From assembly GCA_964016885.1 (NCBI GenBank), contig OZ024743.1, positions 120,652,001 through 120,716,000 on the forward strand: a DNA stretch of 64,000 nt. Reading direction: 5' to 3'. Positions 1 to 12,612 of this stretch are shown here, one piece after another. A program made the translations under genes and the position numbers. The notes under the pieces are model-generated. The model was not told where the DNA came from. It made no database searches and saw nothing but the letters and a program-made list of their open reading frames with translations. How positions within the stretch are numbered: position 1 is the stretch's first letter; each line of letters begins with the position of its first letter. The stretch comes from Eledone cirrhosa. Its lineage: Eukaryota.

Positions 1-297
1 ATAAAGAAGAAAGACAGAAGAGCCCCAAATCAAGGGCAGATAATCTGGTTGGTTTTGTTTGAAAAGACGTGAACAAACGCTGAATCAGATGATAATTATG
101 AGGAGGCTAGAACAAAATCGATAGGTTAAGAAACATGTAAATCAATATTAAGGAAGCCAATTCTTTAAAATGTTCTTAAAAACGTGAGGATATCGGGAGA
201 ATTCTGTACGTGAGTCAAGTGGTTTGATAATATTGTGGAGACTATTCAATTTCCACCATTTCTCGTTATTGCATAATCTTTAGGCCTTGAAACCATT

Positions 298-485
<188 letters not shown>

Positions 486-504
486 TTAATAAAGGAAAAA
501 AAAA

Positions 505-840
505 CAAACACAGGTTCACGCTTGGAGGAAATGAGGTGGGTTTGACGTTTTGAGCAGAGGTCCTTTATTAGGAAATTCGGATAAGGAGCGAATAGGTATA
601 TGTATGAAAGCAGTGTGTGAAAGTTATAAAAGGGCTGTTGGGAGGAGATTGGTAGGTTGACGGTGGTAGGTGAAAGGTCAAGTCTTGAGGGTGGAGGTGG
701 AAGTGGAGGGTATAGAGGCGTCCTGTTGGTGGTTGTGTGTATGCCGTAGGGATGGAGTTGGTAGATGTGCGTTGCTTCAGTCTATGTGTGGGGTGTATGA
801 ACACGTAGGTGTACACAGTCTTATATTGTTGGTGCGCGCA
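505..840 (-). mobile_element. Probable Penelope-like pseudo-LTR remnant
   Basis: Minus strand 570-541 reads CTAATAA-AGGACCTCTGCT-CAAAACGTCAAA, a decayed CTGATGA..CGAAACGT hammerhead-type motif; lies between (TA)n and (CA)n. Confidence 0.4.
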
Positions 841-864
841 CACTGGTGTGTGTGTATGTGAGTT

Positions 865-866
<2 letters not shown>

Positions 867-960
<94 letters not shown>

Positions 961-971
961 AACAAACACAA

Positions 972-1012
<41 letters not shown>
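867..1012. repeat. (CA)n/(TA)n compound microsatellite
   Basis: Direct reading. Confidence 0.97.
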
Positions 1013-1193
1013 AATGAATGAAAAAAGAATAACTACGATTTAAATTAAATCATTTAAGAATGTTTCGATTATAATAAAAGAAATATCCATTCCTGTTATA
1101 ATAATATCTTCAAATAATAACATCACATTGAGCTTTGAAATTGTTTTTGCCTTTATATGGTTGTATTGCCAATTCATCTAAATTCTTATATAT

Positions 1194-1820
1194 AAACGGG
1201 ACTGTCCATTATCAGTGATCTTCTGACTATCATCGATATTTCTTCGCATTAAAGACCAGATACCTCAAAATCAGTGCGAGCAATAACTTAAATAAATTAT
1301 TGGGACAGAGCAAATTCGGTGGAGAAAGAGGGACAGTAAACAAACAAAAGTAGTAATGCAACGTAAAGAGAAGAAATGAGAGACAAGTCAATGATACATG
1401 TGAACTTAAGTTCTACCAAATCAACGACGAGAAGACGGCAGACGAGTCCGAACCCTGCGAAATGTGAGCAAGAAAAGGATTTTCACAGGTCAGACGGGAG
1501 GAAGTGAGAGAGGGGGAGCACCAGAGAGTAAGTGAGTGAAAGTGTTAGGAAGAGGCCAGCTGAGGGAGTGTGACCAGCAGAGAGGGTGAATGAAAGCAAG
1601 AGGTACAAGTAGAGAGAAGGGGGAGAGAGAAAGAGGGTAACAGTAAGGTGATAGAAAAAGACAAACCACAGCGAGGGGAAAAATTATATATGAATGAAAA
1701 AATGGCGTGTTGCGTTGTTGCGAGTGTGATACATATGAATGAAAAATAGAGCGAGAAACGGGACTGTCCATCATCAGTGATCTTCTGACTATCATCGGTA
1801 TTTCTTCGCATTAAAGACCA
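1194..1820. mobile_element. Element bounded by 65-bp direct repeats (1194-1258, 1756-1820), TA-flanked; PLE pseudo-LTR-like
   Basis: AAACGGGACTGTCCAT(T/C)ATCAGTGATCTTCTGACTATCATCG(A/G)TATTTCTTCGCATTAAAGACCA occurs twice with 2 mismatches; TA runs on both outer sides. Confidence 0.65.
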
Positions 1821-1870
1821 TATATATATGTTTTGCGAGGTTTTTGATATGAAATCGTGTGTCGAAATAA

Positions 1871-2382
1871 ATATTGTTATACTTGGGGAGGGTCATATTG
1901 TTGTAATAATATTGCCAGAAATAATAACAGAACACACTTACTGTTTGGTTAGTTTTTGCTTCTGTATCTTTTATATCTACACAGTTAATTCATTTGGTCC
2001 TCAATGTTTCCCATTGATTGACCAACGGTCAAAAATACAGATATAAATACATATATATATATAGTCTAACAAAGTTCTTTCGTTGCACATCTGCATCAGT
2101 GGTACTATTATGTTCCGCCCCAAAGGAGGAACATAATAGTACCACTGATGATGTTGCAGAGGTGCAACGAAAGAACTTTGTTAGACTATATATTGGTGTT
2201 TATATCTATATTATATCTGTATTTTTGACTGTTGGTCAGTCAATAATAAACATTGAGAACCAAATGAGTTAACTGTGGACTTATAAAAGATACAGAAGCG
2301 AAAACCAACCAAACAGTGAGTGTGTTCTGTTATTATTTATGGCAATATTATTACGATAATATGGCCCTCCCCAAGTATAACA

Positions 2383-2386
<4 letters not shown>
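1871..2386. mobile_element. About 516-bp fold-back element with hammerhead core, adjacent to (TA)n
   Basis: Arms 1871-2119 and 2125-2386 are diverged reverse complements; right arm has CTGATGA-T-GTTGCA-GAGG-TGCAAC-GAAA at 2145-2172. Confidence 0.8.
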
Positions 2387-2551
<165 letters not shown>

Positions 2552-4811
2552 AACACACGCACACACATTTACACGCGTGTGTGTGCGTTTTTATGTATAT
2601 ATAAGTGTATTTATATATATAATGATAAAAGAAACCCTCACCAGGATTACATAAGGAAACATTTTCAATATACACTTATGCTTTTTATCCATTTCTGACA
2701 TCAAATTGCTAATCCGATATTTATTACGAATTATAATCAATATTACTTACTTCTAGCAAAGGGCGGCGGTTTAGTAGAAACACCTGATTATTTAGCAATA
2801 TTTTGCATTGTTTTCCTATGTTATGAACTCGAGTTCTGGCATAGACTACTTTTGTGTTCATCTTTTTTTTTTATTTTCTACAAAATGTATAACAACCTTT
2901 TTGCTGAAAATGTGTGCTGTTAAAATCAATATCATCAACAGCAATCACAATATTTCTGTAATCTTTATTAATGGCTATGTTGCTTTTCAACAAATTTAAG
3001 TATAGTCTGTTAATCTGTTACTACTACTTTCATAATTCATACCAAGATAAATGTTTGTATGAATTCTTTATAAAATCCTAATTGTAAGAAACGTGAATTT
3101 TCCTAATAAATCTGATGAATAGTGTAAAATATTTATCTGTCAGTTAATGCCTGTGAATGAAGAGTTTAAGTAGCATAAGTTATTGCACACCGGACATAAT
3201 ATGGACTTCAAAATAAAATTTATAATCAGTGTATAATTGCAAAACATGACAAGAACAATTGTTTCTATGTCAGCGCATTGCTATGGCTTTAGTGTACTGT
3301 CTTCTGGCATTGAATTTTGAATTGCTGATGACATAGCCGCCAGGCAACCTTATGTCAGCGATACACATTTTCTTCGTGAATGAATGCAATGAAACCACAG
3401 TAAGAAATAAGATTTTTATCATTAGAGAAAGTGGATGTTTAAAATAATGTTTTCAAAGGAGTTAAAAAAATAGAAGACAAGAAAATTGTTTAAAGTAGAT
3501 CTCGCTTTCTGTATGATATTATTTGAAATAGCAACATTTTGCCATCATTAAAGTATAAACAGTAACAAAGGGATCTTCGCGAAAGTTAGAAATACGAATA
3601 AGAATTGAAACCCTAATTATTGACATTCTACTCCTCAGCCACAAAATTATTAACTTGTTTATGTATGATACAAGTCCCCCCAAAACTATCTTCCTGACAC
3701 AGATTGAAGTTACCAAAGGAAAAACAATTAATAATATTTTTAACCCATTGCAAATGTTTGTACACCACAAGAACGACTAAGTAGATGGTACGATGGGAAA
3801 GTGACTGGAAACACACAAAAAAGCTGAACACTCTAAAAGGAGGAAAGTAAAATAAAATTTGAATATTAACATGTCGTGTACAAAATATAATAGAAATATA
3901 TTGTCATTTACAGACAAATATTTGCTTTTCGATGCATTAATGTTGTGTCTAATACTGTTTTATGAATAATAAAGCGATTTTTGTTTCATCTTATGACATT
4001 AGTGGGAGCTTTTGTGTCAATTTAGTAGTGCATATGTACAATCTTATGCATATTCTTGCTTGCCTATTGTTTTTGTTATTATTGCTTGATTTCACAAATG
4101 TACGTTGAAGAACATATAGAACAGAGAGATAAACAGAAAAACACGATAAGCGATTTCTAACTACCCAGCCAACAGCTCATCGAACCATAATGTAGTAACC
4201 CAATCCGATTGTCTAATAATGATGATACATAATCAGAGAGCATATTTTCCACGTGTGAAAAGCAAGACAGATTTATTTTTTATATCACCCATATTAATCG
4301 GCTTCATCCCGGTATATATGTATCTCCATTCAAATTCTTTCCTCATTCAATATGAAAATCCTCACATTTTTGAGCATTGGATCTTTAACACAACAGCTTA
4401 ACATAATGCTGTATAAAAAATACATTGACATTTTAGTACCTAAATTCCACAGTTTTGTATAAAATAGTATCAGATACATAAAAGACAAAGCCCGATTCAA
4501 GGAATTCACGAAGACACAAGAAATTGTTTATAATCAAAAAGAAAATCTGTATTATATAAATAAATATGGAATGAGTAAATGATGTCATGGATTGATGTAA
4601 TGAACGTATTTGCTCGCACCTTAAGCTGCAACACTTAAGTCACTATTCAAATAATAATATAATATTTAACTCGGTAACGCAAACAGGTCTGTATGTAACC
4701 AGGTCTATGGCGACTGGGCGATATCTTAGGCAAATTTCATTTAACATAACCTCATGTTGACAAATATCTGGTTATTGGGATTTGATAACGGAAACTCTTC
4801 GGCAACTAGTT

Positions 4812-4897
4812 GAATGTATGTATGTATGTATGTATGTATGTATGTATGTATGTATGTATGTATGTATGTATGTATGTATGTATGTATGTATGTATGT
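4812..4897. repeat. (GTAT)n microsatellite
   Basis: Direct reading. Confidence 0.97.
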
Positions 4898-5738
4898 ATA
4901 ACATCAGGCGCTTTGCTGCAAAAACAAAAGTATTTACATCAATGATAAGAGACCTCTTGTATGCAGATGATTGCGATCTTGTAGCGAGAGTGATATGCAG
5001 CACATTTTGAATGCATTTTCTGATGCTTGCACTGTCCTAGGATTGACTGTAAGTCTCAAGAAAATCGTCGTCACCTTGGAGTGGTCACCTTGCCAGGATG
5101 AAGGTTTCTAGAATACCAAAACAACTCTTTTATGGAGAGTTAGTTAAAGGAAAACGACCTCCACATAAACCAACAAAGAGGTATAAGGATTCCTTGAAAG
5201 CCTCTTTGAAAGACTCTAACATCGCTGCTGATACATGGGAAAATGTTGCTGCTGATCGTAATACATGGAGAAAGACTGTATGTGAGGGGAAAGTTGCCTT
5301 TGAGGCATCTCGAATCACATACGAAAAAGTAAAGCGGGATGTGAGGAAGGGCATTGCTGTTGCATTTCCAGACGGCGAAGTTCCTCCTATGGCGCTGACA
5401 TGCAGCGTCTGTGCGAGACTCTGCTTAAGCAAAGCTGGACTCGAAAGTCATCTTCGCAGTCATAAAGTGAGACCAGTGGTTGACTACCAGGCTGCTGTTG
5501 GATATGCTACTCATCATGCTTGCCAAACATGTGGTAGAGAATGTAAATCAGCAGGAGGGCTCAAACGACATGCAAAAGTACATGAACTCCAACCACAGCC
5601 GGCTATTGCCAGTGAATGTTTTGGTTGCCAACTCTGTGCAAGACATTTTAGATCATTGGCTGGGCTAAAAAGCCACATTCGATCGCAGCGCTGTTAATTG
5701 CTATCGTGTGTGTGTGTGTAGATATGATTATGTGTGTG

Positions 5739-5777
<39 letters not shown>

Positions 5778-5890
5778 TATTATTGTTGTTGTTGTCGTTA
5801 TTATTGTTATTATTATTATTATTATTGTTATTATTATGGGGCTTTTTCTCGTGCAATGGCCATACTCGATAACGAGGGGATAGCCATCAT
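4896..5890 (+). mobile_element. RTE-clade LINE 3' fragment with internal deletion: RT core, C-terminal region with three C2H2-type zinc fingers, 3' stem-loop tail
   Basis: RDLLYADDCDLV (YADD 4960-4971), LGLTVSLKK, then WSGHLARM..RIPKQLFYGEL..GKR..KRYKDSLK..W...AADRNTWR; ORF 5098-5697; tail ATGGCCATACTCGATAACGAGGGGATAGCCAT at about 5856-5887. Confidence 0.9.
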
Positions 5891-5891
5891 G

Positions 5892-5927
<36 letters not shown>

Positions 5928-7220
5928 GATAGTGTATGTATGTACGTGTGTGTATGTGTCTGTCTGTGTGTTTATATATTTTACCGATGTTGGAAAGGAT
6001 GTAGACACTAGCGAAAACCGTTGCTCATCTACTGATTTACGTATCCTTCCTCGTAATTTTCGCTGTCAGAAAATGGGCGAATTAATTGTTGTCTCGTTGG
6101 AAACTTGTAACCAACGACACTATTGTTCAGCAATTGTGATATAAAATAAACAAATAGCGATTGTCATAGAATCTGTTTGACATGGCATTCCCAGAAACGT
6201 TTTCTTCATAGAAAGTTTTCTACAGAAATAATCGTGAGATTTTAAAATACATGGAAAGCTTGCTAACGTATCATTAAAAAGCCAGTGATAAAGCTGTAAT
6301 CAACTTCAGTATTATTAAAGCATAATCATCAATGTGGAAAAGAAATCTAATCGTTTTTTGAAATTTAATTTGAAAAGTGATAATAATACAAAGAGAATAA
6401 TTATTGGTCATACTTGAACAAATCTTCGAAGATAGAAAAAGTGAGGAGTAGTTGTAAATATTGGCAAGTGTAATAGTGCACCTGTAAAATGCGTACATGT
6501 AAATTATGTACATTACTTTACTGGCCATTATATGACTGGAATATATTCGTAAGTCAATCTACACTCTCAAACATACCATCATTTATCATATCATTAAAGG
6601 CAAAGCTATGTGAGCTAGAGTAAGGTAAACTTTTTTACGTGTAATATTTGATATTTAAAAAATATTACATCATAATAGGTTTACCATTTGTCTGACATCG
6701 TTTATAATCCATTAGTAAACGAATATGAAATTACACGGTAAATATACTCGGCACAAAGCCAAATATGTTGTTACAAGTGGCTCAAAACGATTATTTTGTT
6801 CAGATTTATAATCTTTTTAATACTATACCAATCCGCATTGATATTGCTCTAAGCTCAATGTACATCGAATTGATAACTAGCATATGAAGACGCCCTTCAC
6901 AGACTGCCGTTCTCAGCTATTTAAAACATGCTCCAATAGCTGTATATATTTCTCCTTGTAATTCACTGAAGCAAAAATGCAAACTTATGGAAGGAAAGAT
7001 TATATACGAAATCATATCTAACTGTAAAAGGGAATTACCCTGCAAACGATGAACCAATAAAAGAACCAAATGAGACAGACCTGTCCAGATAAATACAAAA
7101 CAAAAACGTTTTGCTGCATTGGTATAATGAGTTTCACTCAGAGGAAAGATCAATTTATATTGTAGGATACACCAGAACATAAACAGTTTTTTGTCTTCTC
7201 CTGCTCATAGATAAATAAAT

Positions 7221-7376
7221 CTTCTTCTTCTTCTTCTTCTTCTTCTTCTTCTTCTTCTTCTTCTTCTTCTTCTTCTTCTTCTTCTTCTTCTTCTTCTTCT
7301 TCTTCTTCTTCTTCTTCTTCTTCTTCTTCTTCTTCTTCTTCTTCTTCTTCTTCTTCTTCTTCTTCTTCTTCTTCTT
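7221..7376. repeat. (CTT)n microsatellite
   Basis: Direct reading. Confidence 0.98.
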
Positions 7377-9999
7377 GCTGTGAACACCCGTGTTTGAAAG
7401 GGCTCCAATTACAAGTGGCTTTAGGTTAGGGCATATGGTTCTTCGTGAATATACTTATACATTTATTGCTAAAACAACTGAGCACCGAAACTAGTAGATT
7501 GATTTAAATTTACCTTCTAAGAGAAATTGTGTAGAACGTCTCCAAGTAACGACCAATTCACCCTTTCGTGCAGTCAAGAGTCCCAAATGGATCAATAATT
7601 TGTAATCATTTTTTCAATAATTCTCACTGTAAAAGTATAATGGTAGAAACAGAGGACAGATGGGAACGTAAAAGACAATATCTTTGGACGATCTGCTCTG
7701 CACCTTTTTCTACTATCTTCTTTTCTATTAATTTTATGTAGCCTTTACTATCTATTTAGCAATTAGGCATTATTCTCTGAACCAGTCGGCCTGCTTGTCC
7801 TCCTTCACTCTCTAATAATGGGATACACCTCAGGCATAGAATTATGGTCATGGGAGACCATTGACACCTGAAGGTCTTCTGGCATCACCTAATCACATGT
7901 TGTTGCAGTAGTAGTTCAGTCATTGTGATTGACGTTGTTCCAAAAGTATCTTCAGGCAAAATCGAAGTGATTTTCTGAAATTATTGTAGCCTATGATAAT
8001 ATTGACGAGTTCTGTCTCTGCCTTTCTATTATATGCTATTGTAAATTTCCCCACATTCTATCTTGTGCATTAATTAGAAACATTGATTGCCTTCCTTCAC
8101 TAGTATATTTATGACAATGCATATTATAATACGAAAGTAAAGTATCTCTAATTTTATTTTGAGAAGAAATAAACAAAAAAAAAGAAACAGAAAAAAAGCA
8201 TTTACTTTTTTGTCTCTAGTATACAATGAATTTGATCAAGAAAATTTAAATATTTTCGTAATTTACTTCTTAGCACTCACATCAACGGAGTTGAATCTGA
8301 AGATAAATATCGTAAATTAATGAATACTTTTGGGGCAAAGTATGCATGTGAAATTACATAACAAGACACCATCTTAATTGGATGAATATCGACATATGAC
8401 AATCATAGCGTCCCATTTGCCGCCTCGATTCAGTGTCGTATTAATGGGTCAGATATTATTACTCTGAAGCAATAAACTTTATGTTATCTAATTGTAATGT
8501 GAATTCGATATGTTGCTATGAATAATAAATGAATGTCAGATAATTTCGAAATTATTTTTATGCAATGATTCCGGGGTCGAGAGGCGCGTCTGTCCAAATC
8601 GATTGGCTGCCAATATAGTAACTTGCTAATATGCCAATTCTAATTTGTTGTTACATGTCAAATTATGGTGCTCTACACAGTCCACATGGATACATAGATA
8701 CTGTAGGGTTGTATCCTATAATATTGCAGTGGTCTTTCTCGAGAAAAAGAGAAAATGAAATCATATTTATTTGTGCATAATATATGAAACTTTTCAAATA
8801 TATCGATGATAAATTTAATAACTATTTTTGTTTTTTGTTTATTTGTAGGTAAGTTTTCGTCAACGTTTATCAGATTTATGATGTTACGTAAGAGGTAAGT
8901 GATATGAATATATTCATTCCACCACAACACATGTAAGTGCTTTTCATTATTTATAGTTAGTTGTTTACTTTTTTATCATGTTTTATCAGTAAATATGGGA
9001 ATGAATAAGGAAACTAGCAAGTGTATCGTATTGTTTTATTTGTCAGCTTAACTAGAGAAATACCTGTCTATATATGTCTGTTCTAGAAAGAAAATCATTG
9101 TCCATAAAGCTTTCTAGACAAGCAGAATCAAAGCTATGAGCAAAATGACTGCTGTGAACATATAACAGAACTGATTGTGCTTAGAATGTAATATGTGGCG
9201 TTAACTTTAATAAAAATTGAAATGTTGCATATATGAGGAGAAGCGTCTTTTGTTGTTGGGGTATATTGAGTCTGAAAGACTATTTGACAACCAGCTACGA
9301 ACTGAATATTATAAAGGAGAATGTATTGATATCCATTAAAGTTGTATCTATATTGCATGAACTTTTTTCATTTGAAAATAACATTTTCTATTTACTTATA
9401 GTTCTTTATTCTAACATTGAACGTGAAAATTATTAAGTACATTAGTACACTAATTTTAGTACATTACTTGCAAAATGTAAAAAATCAGATGATCTATTTA
9501 TCAGATAAACAATAAGATATATCCATAATTTGAATATGATATCAGGCTCAGTTCTGCCTGAATGAGATTCAATTACACTGGAATCGCAGACCTTTCTGTT
9601 ACTCTCATAGTTTTATATGTAAATACCTCAGTATTATGGTAGAGTAAAATTGAATATATATTCACATATAGAAATTATTGATGTATATCCTCCATAACAA
9701 TTTTTAAAAAATCGTTAAACTTTGAAGTCCAATTACAAAAACCATTTCAGGCCATTGACGAAAAAAGAAAAGTCCCCAGAGATTACACTGGCTAAACTCA
9801 AATTTAATCAATCATATCCTACTAGTCAAACATGGCAGAAATATGAAATATATTCTACTATGTGGAATAATATTCTTTATATTAAATTCAAAGCTGTAAT
9901 ATCAATTTAAAAATATATTTCTATAAAAATATCAATTTAAAAAAATATTTCTATAAAATTATCATATCCAAACTTTTCTGTTTAAAATACTCATAAATA

Positions 10000-10430
10000 A
10001 TAATGGTTTCTGATTTAAGCACAAGGCCGGCACTTTAGTGTCGAAAAATATTAATTATTACGGCCTCACTATTTGACTGATATTTTATTTTAATTACGCT
10101 CTAACGAGTCTACCATTACACCCACCTAATAATAATTGTTTCTAATATTGTTTCCACTTTTGGCACAAGGCCAGAAATTATACCAGTGCATTACTGGTAC
10201 TTTATTTTATCGACCCCGTAAGGATGAAATAATTGTACTTCATCTGCTATTTGAAGGAAGTCGATTATATTGAACCAAGTTCTTTACTGGTTCTTTATTT
10301 TATCGACCCAGGAATGGTGAAAAGCGAGATTTGAAATCAGAACCTAGACAAACAAAACAGTTTGTCCGATGCTCCAACGATTCGGCCACTTCACCGCCCT
10401 AATATCTTTCAACTTTTGGCACAAGGCCAG
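10000..10430 (-). mobile_element. Cluster of decayed SINE fragments (family A)
   Basis: Repeated GGCACAAGGCCAG, CTGGTACTTTATTTTATCGACCCC..AGGATGAAA pieces matching the reverse complement of the SINE at 17412. Confidence 0.8.
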
Positions 10431-11132
10431 TCACTGTCCTAGTATCAATAACAATTTCAGGTTTGGCTATGGAGGGCAATTACGCTCTTTATTGATACAT
10501 ATAAAATATGAAATAATGAAAAGGGTTTTTTAAAGAAACGTTTGATTTGGAACAAAGTTATATATAAACGAGGAGATAGCGGGGACGTTATAAAATTTAT
10601 GTGGAGAGTATTTTCAGAATTCCTAGGTACAGCATAATTACGAAGAACACTTAAAAGATTATCAAAAAACATCCAATAAATAAAATAAAAAAGAATTAAC
10701 TTATTAAAATACGCAAACAACCCTCGCCAATTGGAAGGCCGGCCGCTTCCAGTATTAATCAGCGTACTCCATTGTTCTCATTTCCCAGTTTCTAAATACA
10801 TGGGAAAGCCGAAAATCATCTGCAAAGAATTCTTGAATTAAGGTGGGCGAGTAGAGCCCGAATTGCATGTAATTGATATATAAGATATAAAGCACTTCAT
10901 CATTAAACAATCTTGTGGTGGGATAGTTACTGCTTGCGTGAGATGGGTTCTATTTCACAGGAGTGAGAAGGCTTCAATTGCATTCATTTTCCGCTGTTTA
11001 TGTTACCATGCGTTACACTCTCTCTGTGTCTATCTCTCTCTTTCGCTTTCTGTCCCTCACTCTTACTCTCCGTCTCTTTGTCCTTGTTACAATCGGTTAT
11101 AGCTGAGACAATAGATTTCGTGGATTTCTTAC

Positions 11133-11425
11133 TGACTACTATGTACTCAAATTTATAACAGGGCCACATTAGAAGCAGTACTATCTGTGTACTATCTGCT
11201 TTGTTGCTTTCCTTCTTTTAAACCTGCAAGACAGAAAACCTTTAAATTACTTTTACTGTCAAATGCTTAACAGCTGGTTTTCTACACTGAGTTTAGTGTG
11301 TGTGGTTTCTCTGTGCACTCACTAATAAATACAACTCTAGTATTGCTCTACGTTCGTGTGAGCTCACGAGGACATTTATACCCATCGTGACCCGATGTAG
11401 CATCATATTACGTAAGGATTAGTCA
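11133..11425 (-). promoter_or_regulatory. Candidate Pol II promoter with two short leader exons
   Basis: TGACTAA (11425-11419), TTACGTAA (11408-11415), TATAAAT (11380-11374), donor GTGAGT at 11322, acceptor TTTTCTGTCTTGCAG ending 11224, donor GTAAGA at 11132. Confidence 0.35.
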
Positions 11426-12191
11426 TTACAGACCCTATTCCTCGAAAGTAATTAGACACTAGAGGTCGTTGTCATCAATAATTTGACGTTGAGTCTTGTG
11501 TTTCACCCTTTCAAACATTGAAGGACTACGGTATGGGCAAGGATGTCTCGTTCTCTCTCATGTTGAACTTTCGGTTCTATTGTGACTATTGTGCCATATT
11601 TTATTCCTCTTGTTTCATGTTTTGGTGAGTAAGGGGAACAAGGAAGATTCCCCTGGCTTGGACAAAGCACAAGTACGACACTTTTCTTCACCATGCCAGA
11701 ATAATTGGTTGTCAAAAAAAGATAATGTTACTACAATTTTGTCCTTTCGGCGAAATGTTTCTCATCGAGAATTTTCCTGCTCGAGATAATATGTGGAAAC
11801 GTAAGATTTGACTTGCGTTCGGGAAGTTTTCGCATAATAGAGTACACGTGCTCGTGTAAATGTTATATTTATTTTCATATGTGTTGTCATAGTATATTCT
11901 TCGGAAAATATCATTATTGTTTTGATATTCTGCAAATGGCAAATCTGTGTGTTATCCTTTGTTTGATCTGTTTAGGTACTGCTTTGTTTGTTCAATAACA
12001 TTCTTTCGCGGAGAATAAGATACACGCGTAGAATAACGCCATCAGAAAAATTAAAGCAGCGTGAAGAAATTGACACTGTTAAAAAAACACACACATTATA
12101 GTCATACCTCACAGTAAATGTCTCTGTGTGAGCTAAATCCAAATTGAACAATTATTTCTTAAAGGTATATCTAAAACTTCTCGAATTATAA

Positions 12192-12290
12192 TAATAATAA
12201 TTTTTAGTATAGGCACAAGGCCAGTAATTTGGAGGGAGGGGAAAGTCGATTAAATCGACCTCAGTGCATTACTGGTGCGTTATTTACTAT
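12192..12290 (-). mobile_element. SINE family A 3' fragment
   Basis: TAGGCACAAGGCCAGTAATTTGGAGGGAGGGGAAAGTCGATTAAATCGACC matches the long-form SINE tail. Confidence 0.85.
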
Positions 12291-12344
12291 AAAATCGAGT
12301 AAAACAAAATTAACAAAAACAATTAATAAAATTACAACAATAAA

Positions 12345-12612
12345 ATTCCCCAATAGGGGGAAGAACCACCCAAGAGCGACCCAGGTATCCCACCAATCCT
12401 GAAGCACCCAATGCTTCGAGGGCACCCGAGAAGGGCACCCCTCTCCTCCTCAAATTAACCAACCTACAGGTCCATGCTCAGAGTAAACCTATTAACACGG
12501 ACCATTCACGCCACATTCACCCACATTTTAGCAAATGTACTGAGGGCAGCACTTCTCTCTACACCCTCACCTTCCTTTCCAACTGAAACTTGAAACAGTT
12601 GATGAGGGATTG
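12345..12612 (-). mobile_element. L1/Tx1-like LINE 3' end
   Basis: Minus translation QSLINCFKFQLERKVRV*REVL..WVNVA*MVRVN, similar to the C-terminus of the + strand relic at 60270-60730. Confidence 0.6.

Noticed and set aside
6274-7180. Hydrophobic minus ORFs as GPCR or chemoreceptor pieces
   Set aside because: There are no recognisable family motifs, and AT-rich DNA yields such ORFs by chance.
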